DNA of 32,000 bases from Desulfocapsa sulfexigens DSM 10523 (GTDB lineage Bacteria > Desulfobacterota > Desulfobulbia > Desulfobulbales > Desulfocapsaceae), in NCBI RefSeq assembly GCF_000341395.1, contig NC_020304.1, positions 3,810,001 through 3,842,000 on the forward strand, read 5' to 3'. Made by a program: the position numbers and the translations under genes. The stretch's first letter is position 1. Each line of letters begins with the position of its first letter. Below, piece by piece: positions 9,629-18,852 of this stretch. The notes below the pieces were generated by a model that was given only the letters and a program-made list of their open reading frames with translations, made no database searches and was not told where the DNA came from.

Positions 9629-10229
9629 ACAACTCCGCTTCGATCTCTCCATTATCGCTTCCTGGATCAAACCAGGGGCCCGGGTACTTGACCTAGGCTG
9701 CGGCCGTGGAGATCTGCTGGCCTGGCTTACACAGCACAAAAATATCCAGGGAACCGGGATTGAACAGAACAAGGAAAAGGCTGCCGCCTGTATTGGTCGT
9801 GGCCTGAGTGTTCTGCAGGGCGACCTGAGGGATGAAGTACAGGACTACCCCGACGGCTGTTTTGACGTGGTTATTCTCAGCCAGACCCTGCAGCAGGTGT
9901 ATCAACCGGATGAACTCCTGAAATCACTGGCAAGAATCGGTAAACAGGTGATCGTGAGCTTCCCGAACTTCAGCCACTTTTCCATCCGCATGCAAATTCT
10001 CTTCAAAGGGCAGGCCCCGAAAAGCAATGAACTCCCGTATTCCTGGTACGACACTCCGAATATCCGGGTTATCACCCTTGCTGACTTCCGAAAATTTTCA
10101 AAAGAAGTGGGCTACACTATTGTCAAGGAATGTGCCATCAATACCCATGACCAGGAAAGACACGGTAAAATAGTTTCCATCTTTTCCAATCTCCGCGCCA
10201 CCTATGGTCTGTTTCTTATCGAAACCTGA
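9609..10229 (+). CDS. metW: Methionine biosynthesis protein MetW
   Basis: Methyltransferase-like VLDLGCGRGDLL plus the MetW-specific SFPNFSHFSIRMQILFKGQAP...LPYSWYDTPNIRVITLADF. Overlaps metX by 20 nt. Confidence 0.85.
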   Translation: MALNPPEQLRFDLSIIASWIKPGARVLDLGCGRGDLLAWLTQHKNIQGTGIEQNKEKAAACIGRGLSVLQGDLRDEVQDYPDGCFDVVILSQTLQQVYQPDELLKSLARIGKQVIVSFPNFSHFSIRMQILFKGQAPKSNELPYSWYDTPNIRVITLADFRKFSKEVGYTIVKECAINTHDQERHGKIVSIFSNLRATYGLFLIET

Positions 10230-10248
10230 TTACCATCGAAACTCAACT

Positions 10249-10387
10249 TTGCAACCCCGAGTTTTTTCGTGTCGATTATATGGGACGCCATAAACCCATC
10301 CCTGGGGGCTCTACTGCGGCCATCCAGGCCGCAGATGCCCATATAATCAACACGAAAAAACTCCTCCTCAGACGGGTAGACTGAGGA
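10249..10387 (-). repeat. Full copy (139 nt) of the same structured repeat, immediately downstream of metW
   Basis: A 27-28 nt arm at 10249-10276 pairs with 10327-10353 (one mismatch). Inner perfect 8-bp GC hairpin CTGCGGCC-atcca-GGCCGCAG at 10304-10324. Extra small hairpin TCCTCAG-N9-CTGAGGA at 10355-10377. Confidence 0.85.
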
Positions 10388-10555
10388 TTAGTGGTAATCA
10401 GGTATCGAAAAGACTGAACCTGATATCAAATAGCCGACACCATTGTTTTTCCCTCTCCACTTAATAATAATTCTTGACGATTCCACCCATGGTGAACATC
10501 TTGTAGGTAAATCTCTGCAAAGGCAGTTTACCCTTACCTGAATCAATGGACTCTC

Positions 10556-11368
10556 ATGAAAGCAACAGAACAGCGATTGGAAGAACATCTCATACTGGAA
10601 AAGCCCTACTACCTCGCGGCTGGCAAGGAGGTTGAAATTGCCCTGGCTGCTCATAAAAATGGCCTCCCCCTCCTCTTGAAAGGCCCGACCGGCTGCGGAA
10701 AAACCAGATTCATGCAATTTCTGGCCTGGAAACTGAAGCTCCCTCTTATCACCGTTTCCTGCCACGATGACCTTTCAACCAGTGACCTTGTTGGCCGCTT
10801 TCTTATTCGTTCGGGAGAGGCGGTATGGACCGATGGCCCCCTGACTCTGGCGGTGCGGGCAGGCGCAATCTGCTACCTGGATGAAATTGTAGAGGCCAGA
10901 AAAGATACCACGGTGGTTATTCATCCCCTCGCTGATGACCGCCGCGAACTCCCCGTTGAGAAACTCGGGGAACTCCTCAGCGCTCCTCCTGAATTCATGA
11001 TCAGCGTCTCCTACAACCCTGGATATCAGAGCGTGCTGAAGGATCTGAAGCCCTCAACACGGCAACGCTTTGTTGCCATTTCCTTTGACTACCCAGAACC
11101 TGACACAGAAGCTGAAATTGTCGCAATCGAGGGTGGTATCGACAGAAAGCTTGCGCTTTCCCTGGTAAAACTGGCCGGAATGACACGAAGCCTCAAAGAA
11201 TCTGGGCTGGCGGAAGGTGCATCCACACGGCTCCTTATCCAGACGGGACAGCTGGTTCGTGATGGAATAGACATTCACACAGCCTGCCGTGCCGCACTTA
11301 TTGAACCACTCAGCGATGACCCGGAGCTCCTTGCTGCCCTGGAGGAAATGGTAAGCTCAATATTCTGA
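10556..11368 (+). CDS. CbbQ/NorQ/NirQ-family MoxR-type AAA+ ATPase
   Basis: 270 aa. Walker A GPTGCGKT, Walker B ICYLDEIVEA. Family-typical blocks HDDLSTSDLVGRF, WTDGPLTLAVRAG and VSYNPGYQSVLKDLKPSTRQRF. Confidence 0.85.
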   Translation: MKATEQRLEEHLILEKPYYLAAGKEVEIALAAHKNGLPLLLKGPTGCGKTRFMQFLAWKLKLPLITVSCHDDLSTSDLVGRFLIRSGEAVWTDGPLTLAVRAGAICYLDEIVEARKDTTVVIHPLADDRRELPVEKLGELLSAPPEFMISVSYNPGYQSVLKDLKPSTRQRFVAISFDYPEPDTEAEIVAIEGGIDRKLALSLVKLAGMTRSLKESGLAEGASTRLLIQTGQLVRDGIDIHTACRAALIEPLSDDPELLAALEEMVSSIF

Positions 11369-11387
11369 TGGATTTATAGACACCAGT

Positions 11388-13673
11388 ATGAAACTCGCAC
11401 TGCTCACAGAACGCTTTTACGATCTTGTTGCTCCTGATATCCCAAATGAATGGGACGTTGAAGAAGTGCTTGATCCTCTGGTAGATGAGACAGATTCTGT
11501 CTGTGAAGCAATCCTTGGCCACATACCGATCATCTGGCCTGTTTCCCACTCGCTCTGTTTTGATTTTCTTCGCCTGCTTCCAGATACCTTGAAACACCTG
11601 GATCTGGAGCAGATCCCTCGATGGATCGGAATCACCCTTGATCATTATGAAACCGATGGACTCCGTGCAGCCCAGCGTTTTATGCAGGATGACATTGAAA
11701 CCTACCTCTCGAAACTTTCCGGAACCGGAGGCCTCAGTCTTGTTTCCGTTGAGAAAAAGCTTCTCCCTTACATTCGAGGCATAGCACGAGACGAATTGAA
11801 TATTTGTGGTTGCAGACAGATTTACACCGACACTGCATCCATCTTTATCCCGGATGAACTCAACGTTTTCAGCGAACATACCGATAATTTCCTTCTTTAC
11901 AAACTTATAGTCACCTTTCAATGGGGATTCATAGCCTGTAGAAGTTTCGTAAACTGCCCTCCTCCAAACCACGTTCATCAGGGAAACGAAGAGGACACGC
12001 TCTGGCTCCGATCATTTATTGAGTCTTTCAAGGAACCTCTACTCGCCCGGGACATTTACCACACCCTGGAATCCATACGAGTACGTGTTTTTCTCGAACA
12101 GGAATTTCCAGGACTTGTCCGTGCCGCAGGAAAACATATTTTCCCACACCTCCAAGCTGACAGCACCCACTCGCTGAGCGATCTGCAGCGGTTGCTCATT
12201 GCTAATAAAGGCCAATTAGATAAGCACCTAGGCATTATTATAGGTGAACCAGAAGCCAATAACTATATTCACGGACACGCTTCTGCATGCGACTCGGTGC
12301 AACTCACCACAAAACTCTATCCCCTCTTCAATACAAACTCCGTTGAGGAGTATACGCCCATTTTGGCCTTCCCTTTCCAGGGCGTTTTGAGATTGCGTGC
12401 CGTAGACTCCGCCTGCAGGGTTCGTGAACACAAAATGGGTGAACAGTTTGCCGATATGATGGCAGCACATCTCCTTTCCCTTTCCAAAAAAGAACTGAAC
12501 AGAATCTTCAAGGAAGACAAACTGGACAGTGGTGAGAAAGGGCTTGCCGAATCAGATATCAGTATGATCATGGACAGTGAATTTGCCCAGACTGTCGACC
12601 GGGAAAAAGAGGCACCCCTGCTGGTCACTATTAATAACGAAGAAGTGCAGATGCCAGAGGAACTTGAGAGCTTCTCAAAAAGTTTCTTCGATGAATTTGG
12701 ACACCTTCCTGTACAATTTTTGTCAGCCGCCGCCGGAAAGGCAGGACAGGAGATGCTTGAACACAGCGTTACCGGTCAGAATGAAGCGATGTCACCATCC
12801 GCTGATGCCCTGCTCTACGATGAGTGGGATTACCGGAGGCAGGGCTACAGAAAGAACTGGTGTTCTCTGCACCTGAAAAATCTGAAACCCATTCACTCTT
12901 CCTTTATCCAAAACACCCTTAACACCTATCATGGACTCACCATTCGCCTGCGGCATCAGTTCGAGATGATGCGGAGCCAGGAACGCTTCGTCAAACGCCA
13001 GCGGGAAGGAGACGATATTGATTTTGATGCCTTAGTCGAGTCTATTTCCGATTCCAGTGCAGGAATTTCTTCCTCGGACCGCCTGTTCATCCGTCTGAAA
13101 CGTGACGAACGTGACATCGCTGTTCTCTTTCTGGTGGACATGTCCAACTCCACGGCCGGATGGGTCAATAACGCCCTGAAGGAATCCCTGGTTCTTATGG
13201 CGGAAGCCATGGAAGTGCTGGGGGACCGTTACGGAATATACGGTTTTTCGGGAATGCGTAGATCACGCTGCGAGCTCTACCATGTAAAACATCTTACAGA
13301 ACCCTATGGCGATGCAGTCAAGGAACGCATCGGCTCAATTGCCCCAAGCGAATATACGAGAATGGGGCCACCCATTCGCCATGCCACCAGCCTGCTCAAG
13401 GAAATCGATGCCAAGGTGCGCCTTATTATCACCCTGACAGACGGCAAGCCCGAGGACTATGATGATTACAAGGGTGAGTACGCCATAGAGGACACCCGTC
13501 ATGCACTCCTTGAGGCCAAGGCTGCAGACATCCACCCCTTCTGTATCACCATTGATCATCATGCCAGGGATTATATGCAGCACATGTATGGCCCCGCCAA
13601 CTATATATTTATCGATAATGTGAGAAAACTCCCTCTCAGGATGCCAGAGATTTATCGCGTACTAACCAGTTAA
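11388..13673 (+). CDS. CbbO/NorD-like protein with C-terminal von Willebrand factor A domain
   Basis: 761 aa, located directly after the CbbQ-like ATPase. The C-terminal VWA has MIDAS VLFLVDMSNSTAG ... LTDGKPED. Size and gene order match CbbO-type partners. Confidence 0.75.
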   Translation: MKLALLTERFYDLVAPDIPNEWDVEEVLDPLVDETDSVCEAILGHIPIIWPVSHSLCFDFLRLLPDTLKHLDLEQIPRWIGITLDHYETDGLRAAQRFMQDDIETYLSKLSGTGGLSLVSVEKKLLPYIRGIARDELNICGCRQIYTDTASIFIPDELNVFSEHTDNFLLYKLIVTFQWGFIACRSFVNCPPPNHVHQGNEEDTLWLRSFIESFKEPLLARDIYHTLESIRVRVFLEQEFPGLVRAAGKHIFPHLQADSTHSLSDLQRLLIANKGQLDKHLGIIIGEPEANNYIHGHASACDSVQLTTKLYPLFNTNSVEEYTPILAFPFQGVLRLRAVDSACRVREHKMGEQFADMMAAHLLSLSKKELNRIFKEDKLDSGEKGLAESDISMIMDSEFAQTVDREKEAPLLVTINNEEVQMPEELESFSKSFFDEFGHLPVQFLSAAAGKAGQEMLEHSVTGQNEAMSPSADALLYDEWDYRRQGYRKNWCSLHLKNLKPIHSSFIQNTLNTYHGLTIRLRHQFEMMRSQERFVKRQREGDDIDFDALVESISDSSAGISSSDRLFIRLKRDERDIAVLFLVDMSNSTAGWVNNALKESLVLMAEAMEVLGDRYGIYGFSGMRRSRCELYHVKHLTEPYGDAVKERIGSIAPSEYTRMGPPIRHATSLLKEIDAKVRLIITLTDGKPEDYDDYKGEYAIEDTRHALLEAKAADIHPFCITIDHHARDYMQHMYGPANYIFIDNVRKLPLRMPEIYRVLTS

Positions 13674-13825
13674 TCTGCTTATATTGTTTCTACTCTGCGG
13701 AATGCAGTTGACAACTATTCTTACAATGATAAGCTTTTAGGCAAGCTTGTTATTGCCAGTTTTTTCCGTACCATCAATACAAGTACCGAAGAATTCTCTC
13801 CATTGCACTACAAGAGGCCTGCTCT

Positions 13826-14770
13826 ATGTTTACCCGACTACAATTAAGTGACTCCACTGCTGCCAATGTTGAATGGGACATGACTCCTGATCTTGCCTTT
13901 TGTACATTTTCAGCAAAGGGATTACGCGATGACTTGAGCAACAGTGACGAACGGGTCTGTTATTTTTTTGTTGATAACTATGGAGAACTACCAAGACTCT
14001 ACCTGATGGAACGAGGAACGCGCTTTGTCAATATTCTTGCTGAGGTTAAAGCTCCCATAGAGATGCTGAATGACGCTATTATCAGCCATGGCAGTGCCCT
14101 CTCTTCCAAAGACAATTTCCCCGTTGACGCAGCATTAAAGGCATGGTTGATCAGCGAAGTCGTGGAACGGGAAAACAGTCCTTTTCTTTTCCCAACGCTT
14201 CAGCAGAGCACAGAGCGTGAAGATTTTGGAGTTCCACTTCCTGTCGCTGGAGAAGGCGGGTTCCAAGGACCACGACGATCCCTCCCTCAAGAGCAATGCA
14301 CTCTTTCTGAAAATCAACTGGAGCAAATCATCACTCAGTGGAACTTTTACGACACTCTCCTGAACCCTCTTGGAGAATTCACCAACGCACTGACGGACAG
14401 TGGCGATGGGCTCACTGTCATCGATGAGGCAACAGGAATCATGTGGCAGCGATCCGGTCTGGATCTTTCTTCAATCCGTAAAATGACACGTGATATTGAA
14501 GAACTCAACAAAAAGAGCTTTGCCGGATATCACGACTGGCGGTTTCCCACTGTGGAAGAGGCAATGTCACTTATGGAGACCAGTCCAAATGCCAAGGGTC
14601 TCTATCTCCATTCCTGTTTTTCCAAAGAACAGCCCTTTATTTTTGTTGCCGCAAAACGTTCCCCTACGGGCTACTGGTTTGTGGATTATAAACAGGGAAA
14701 GGTGTACTGGTCGTCAGGTACTGTTCCCGGAGGATTCGCCAGGTTATGCAGAAATGGTGCGAAACGTTGA
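13826..14770 (+). CDS. Hypothetical protein with C-terminal DUF1566 (Lcl C-terminal-like) domain and no signal peptide
   Basis: C-terminal TVIDEATGIMWQRSG ... GYHDWRFPTVEEAMSL follows the DUF1566 pattern. I do not recognise the roughly 190 N-terminal residues. SD AAGAGG lies upstream of the ATG. Confidence 0.55.
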   Translation: MFTRLQLSDSTAANVEWDMTPDLAFCTFSAKGLRDDLSNSDERVCYFFVDNYGELPRLYLMERGTRFVNILAEVKAPIEMLNDAIISHGSALSSKDNFPVDAALKAWLISEVVERENSPFLFPTLQQSTEREDFGVPLPVAGEGGFQGPRRSLPQEQCTLSENQLEQIITQWNFYDTLLNPLGEFTNALTDSGDGLTVIDEATGIMWQRSGLDLSSIRKMTRDIEELNKKSFAGYHDWRFPTVEEAMSLMETSPNAKGLYLHSCFSKEQPFIFVAAKRSPTGYWFVDYKQGKVYWSSGTVPGGFARLCRNGAKR

Positions 14771-14832
14771 TAATCAGGAACTTGTGTATACTTTCACCCC
14801 TGACACTATTCACCTTAACAGGTATATTTCAG

Positions 14833-16494
14833 ATGAGGAAAGCAGGAAGGCCGATACTGACAGTATTCAACGCAATTCTTATTCTTCTTCTCTCTACCAC
14901 CACAGTTTTCGCAGTCACTCCCGCCCAGATCAACGCTGAATTGCTCAAAAATGTCTCTACAAATCCTCAGGGAGTAAACGGGGCTGAGTGGTGCAACCTT
15001 CAGGCAATACGTCAAGAACAGTGGATCTGTAACGTTTACCATACTCTTGGTGTTCGTCCCCTGTGGGTAGATAGCAATGGCCCGACTGAACAGGCCAAAC
15101 ACATAGCATCCGCCCTAACATCAGGTACAGCCGATGGGTTTAATCCCGATGACTATGGTGTCCCGAAAATAGAAGCACTTTGGGAAAGTCGAACTGCCGC
15201 AGATCTTGCCAGGCTGGACATGGAGATAACCATCGGTCTCCTCGAATATATCCACGATATGCAGAAAGGTCGATTTGCCCCCAAATTCAAGGATCCGAAG
15301 CTTTTTGCTCAGGCAGGAGGCAATTCTGTTTTCAGCCCTGTCAAAGCCTTGACTGAAGCACGCAGCAGTACTGACATTACACTTTTCCTGGAAAATCTTG
15401 CGCCGAGGCATCGCCATTACCGGGAACTGAAGAGTGCTTTAAAACATTACCGATCCATTGCTGAAAATGGTGGCTGGCCAGTGTTTCCATCTGGTGAAAC
15501 ACTACACCCGAACGACTCGGATCCACGTGTTCCTGCCCTTCGGGACTTGCTGACAAAAACTGGAGACCTGGCAAAGGAGATTGATTCAAGCCAGCAAGTA
15601 TATGATACCGAGCTGGTGGAGGCCATCAAACGTTTTCAAGGACGACACAGTTTAGAAATTGACGGAATCATAGGGAAGAATACCACAAATGTCCTTATAG
15701 TTCCCGTTGAAAAACGTATTCAGCAGATCCTTATAAATATGGAGCGCTGGAGATGGACGAAGCATGAACTTGGCTCCAGGTATGTGCTTGTGGACATTGC
15801 AGGATTCAACCTTCAGGGAGTGGTAAATGATATTCCACAACTGGAGATGCGAGTCATCGTCGGGAAACTCCATCATGCGACCCCTGTTTTCAGTGATGCT
15901 ATAAAATATATTGAATTCAATCCGTTCTGGAATATCACTTCGAGTATCGCTCGCAATGAAATGCTGCCGGAATTGAGAAAGAACAAGAACTACCTTGAGA
16001 CCAAACATATTCGACTTTTTTCAAACTGGCAGTCTGACGGAAAAGAGTTAGCCCCCGAAACCATTAACTGGGATGAGGTCAGTCGGAGACAGATAAGTCG
16101 CTACAAATTACGCCAGGATCCGGGCCCATGGAATGCCCTTGGTGTTGTTAAATTTGTATTCCCAAACAAGTACAGTGTTTACCTCCACGACACGCCAGGT
16201 CAGGAGCTGTTTAAAGAGGAAAACCGTGCCTTCAGCCATGGCTGTATCAGACTCAACAAACCGAGAAAGCTTGCAGAGTTTCTTCTTGCATTCAATAATG
16301 CGGGATGGACGGAGGAAGTAATCAATCAGGTTATTGAAAAGAAAAAACGAAGAGTCGTCAGGTTGGTCGAGCCAGTTCCGATACATCTGGTCTATCAGAC
16401 AGCATGGGTAAATAAAAACGGAACACTGCACTTCAGCAGGGATATTTACGGGCGTGACAAGAAACTTATAGAAGCCCTGTTTGGAAAGGGATAG
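14833..16494 (+). CDS. ldtD: L,D-transpeptidase, YcbB/LdtD family (PG-binding plus YkuD domains)
   Basis: Catalytic SHGCIRL, peptidoglycan-binding repeat LVEAIKRFQGRHSLEIDGIIG. A signal peptide follows the internal ATG at 14833 (MRKAGRPILTVFNAILILLLSTTTVFA). The track start at 14746 was rejected. Confidence 0.82.
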   Translation: MRKAGRPILTVFNAILILLLSTTTVFAVTPAQINAELLKNVSTNPQGVNGAEWCNLQAIRQEQWICNVYHTLGVRPLWVDSNGPTEQAKHIASALTSGTADGFNPDDYGVPKIEALWESRTAADLARLDMEITIGLLEYIHDMQKGRFAPKFKDPKLFAQAGGNSVFSPVKALTEARSSTDITLFLENLAPRHRHYRELKSALKHYRSIAENGGWPVFPSGETLHPNDSDPRVPALRDLLTKTGDLAKEIDSSQQVYDTELVEAIKRFQGRHSLEIDGIIGKNTTNVLIVPVEKRIQQILINMERWRWTKHELGSRYVLVDIAGFNLQGVVNDIPQLEMRVIVGKLHHATPVFSDAIKYIEFNPFWNITSSIARNEMLPELRKNKNYLETKHIRLFSNWQSDGKELAPETINWDEVSRRQISRYKLRQDPGPWNALGVVKFVFPNKYSVYLHDTPGQELFKEENRAFSHGCIRLNKPRKLAEFLLAFNNAGWTEEVINQVIEKKKRRVVRLVEPVPIHLVYQTAWVNKNGTLHFSRDIYGRDKKLIEALFGKG

Positions 16495-16520
16495 GGCTAC
16501 AGGAAGCTTGTGGAAGAAAA

Positions 16521-17072
16521 CTACCAGAAACGGACTCGGCCAGTGTCCAGATGAACGAAATTGGATTTACCATAAAAGCCAACTCCACCACGCTTCATAT
16601 CAAGAGCGCACTGCTGGACTTTTCTGGTTGAGACCCCTGTCATCCGTATATCTATAGCCTGTCCCAGCATATGAAGACTTCGTTTTGCAACCTTGGAGCT
16701 CTTCTTACTGAGCTGCTGGTTCGTTTTGAGGGAGCGATATCCGGAAATCACTTCAAAGGTTCTCTGTCCTCCAAATTCTCGACGGATAGAACTCAGTATA
16801 TCGAGAAGATGCGGGTCAATGGGATGCATTTCCCCGGTACGGAAGTCTCTAAGAAAGTGGTTTATTTTTGACAAAGCCCGCGGATCATACCGATTTTGGC
16901 TGCCATACACAATATCCAGCTTTTTCCCTGTATGGGTATGGTAAAAAGAAAGCGCACGAGGATTGCTTGCTGCTTCGGATATTGCCGGCAGAGACAAAGC
17001 GGTAACTGTCACCACCGCCATTGATAAAAATTGACGACGATTTATAGAGGAATTTAATATAGTTGCAGACAT
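16521..17072 (-). CDS. mepK: DUF882 / peptidase M15A family protein with Tat signal (YcbK/MepK-like)
   Basis: 183 aa. Twin-arginine signal INRRQFLSMAVV. Metal ligands in SLHMLGQAIDI and FVHLD. Convergent with the YcbB-like gene, the same pairing as E. coli ycbB-ycbK. Confidence 0.78.
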   Translation of the reverse strand: MSATILNSSINRRQFLSMAVVTVTALSLPAISEAASNPRALSFYHTHTGKKLDIVYGSQNRYDPRALSKINHFLRDFRTGEMHPIDPHLLDILSSIRREFGGQRTFEVISGYRSLKTNQQLSKKSSKVAKRSLHMLGQAIDIRMTGVSTRKVQQCALDMKRGGVGFYGKSNFVHLDTGRVRFW

Positions 17073-17382
17073 AATACTCTTTCATATGGACGTTTCAAGA
17101 AATTCTAATTTTGTTGTTGTATTCAAATTTACCACAAATTTCAACCCCTCCGACTAAATATACATTGAATATTCCATCTTTTTTCACGATTGGCTCATAT
17201 GGCGCCACGTGACAGTTAAAAAAATGGGTCACAAGCCAAATCACAAGACAATCGAGAAATTCCCATCTACAATCCAGCTCTCTCCTTGTAATTTTCCCCT
17301 CGCTTCATGTAGAATTCAACTAAGGAACCATAAGGAACAAAACAGAATACCATCAGCATGTTAGGGGAAAGGAGGCTCTCTA

Positions 17383-18771
17383 TTGACTACTGAAACCGAC
17401 AAAAAGAGAGACACCTTCGAGTTAACCAAGATTTTCCGCAATATTCAGAAAAAAAAAGAGGCCTATTCACACTATCATTTTTCCAGGGCTCAGGATGATA
17501 TCTTTAAAACATTTTTTGACCTTGCCCAAGAGTATGATTCTATAAATAATTTTTACCGTATATCCGTTGCCGTCATCAAGTGTTTTATGATGACAGATGC
17601 TCGTCTCCACCTTTGGGATCCATCGGAAAATAGCCTTATGATGGTGTGTGACAGTGTTCACGGTATCTCCTCTGAAAAACTCAAAACACCATCCTCTGTC
17701 GTACTCAGTAATGAATCCTATTTTATCGAAGATTCCTTCTTTGTTCCCATATACAGTAAACACTATAACAGAGAAAATGAGACACAGGTTCACACAGATG
17801 TTCTCGGTATGCTGGAAGTTCTGGCTCACCGCGAATTAAACGAAGAAGAACAGTTTTTTCTCAAAAAATACGCCAACAGGATCGGCTTCAATCTTCACAA
17901 CAGGAATATTACGAGACAAAATAATGATCACCTCAAATTCATCAAAAACCTTGTCCAGGATATTGAGCATAATGTCATCATCCCCAATATGTACTTCACC
18001 CATCTCTTCAACCGACTTTTAAAAAAAATAAAAGAGATAAACAATCTTGAGAAAGAGAGAAGACGACTGCAATATCAAGAAAAGACGGAAGAATATAATC
18101 AGCTTAACCAAAAAACAGCCTTTGCCATTGAAGATTTACTTCATATCCACAACGATCTACAGAGACATCATACTCAGACCAGCATGTTCCTCGAAAGCCT
18201 TTTTCGCCGGGATCACTTTGAGAAAGGCCATCTGGTTCTTCACCTCAAGAGATGTCTTGTTGATAAAGATATCATAGCTCCCCAGCTTGACCACTATAAA
18301 AGTCGTTTAGAGCATCGCGGCATTACAATTGAGAGCCCCCTGGACATGATCGGGGAGGAGATCCCATTACGTGTTGATATTGGCCTCCTCTCCCAGGTGT
18401 ATGCAAATTTATTCTCCAATGCAGTAAAGTATACCAGGGAAATAATCGACTACGATGGTCATCCGGCTAAAGTAATGGCATATGGGCGTGATATTTTGTT
18501 GAACTATTTTGGCCCTGGCAAGAACGGAATCAAACTCAATGTATTTACCACTGGCCCTCACCTCACTCGTGACGAAGCTCTCACAATCTTTGCTGAAGGG
18601 CATCGGGGTGACAACACCGGCAATGAGCCAGGGAGTGGGCATGGTCTCCAGTTTATCAAACAGGTCGTTGAACTCCATAAGGGGGTTGTTGGCTATGAAC
18701 CAACGGCAGGAGGCAACAACTTTTATTTCATTCTTCCCCTTCCCCGGTTAAAAACGATCACCAGCGAGTAA
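17383..18771 (+). CDS. Cytoplasmic sensor histidine kinase-like protein (HATPase_c, atypical H-box)
   Basis: TTG start 7 nt after GGAGG. N-box YANLFSNAVKYT, G2 GSGHGLQFIKQVVELHKG. Possible phospho-His in LVQDIEHNVIIPN. No TM segments. The gene is AT-rich. Confidence 0.68.
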   Translation: MTTETDKKRDTFELTKIFRNIQKKKEAYSHYHFSRAQDDIFKTFFDLAQEYDSINNFYRISVAVIKCFMMTDARLHLWDPSENSLMMVCDSVHGISSEKLKTPSSVVLSNESYFIEDSFFVPIYSKHYNRENETQVHTDVLGMLEVLAHRELNEEEQFFLKKYANRIGFNLHNRNITRQNNDHLKFIKNLVQDIEHNVIIPNMYFTHLFNRLLKKIKEINNLEKERRRLQYQEKTEEYNQLNQKTAFAIEDLLHIHNDLQRHHTQTSMFLESLFRRDHFEKGHLVLHLKRCLVDKDIIAPQLDHYKSRLEHRGITIESPLDMIGEEIPLRVDIGLLSQVYANLFSNAVKYTREIIDYDGHPAKVMAYGRDILLNYFGPGKNGIKLNVFTTGPHLTRDEALTIFAEGHRGDNTGNEPGSGHGLQFIKQVVELHKGVVGYEPTAGGNNFYFILPLPRLKTITSE

Positions 18772-18852
18772 TAGCCAGAATATCTGTCCATTGTGAAAAT
18801 ACACATAGATATCATACCAGCACGCCATTACTGACAAAAAGGAAAAATTTGC

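Noticed and set aside
10490-10504. Sigma-54 -24/-12-like element TGGTGAACATCTTGT upstream of the CbbQ-like gene
   Set aside because: The GG is present, but the -12 element reads TTGT instead of TTGC, so the near-invariant GC dinucleotide is missing. The nearby TTGACG (10474-10479) has no acceptable -10 hexamer at 16-18 nt.
14746-14832. Upstream start for the L,D-transpeptidase gene
   Set aside because: It would overlap the DUF1566 gene and put 29 residues in front of an obvious signal peptide that begins at the ATG at 14833.
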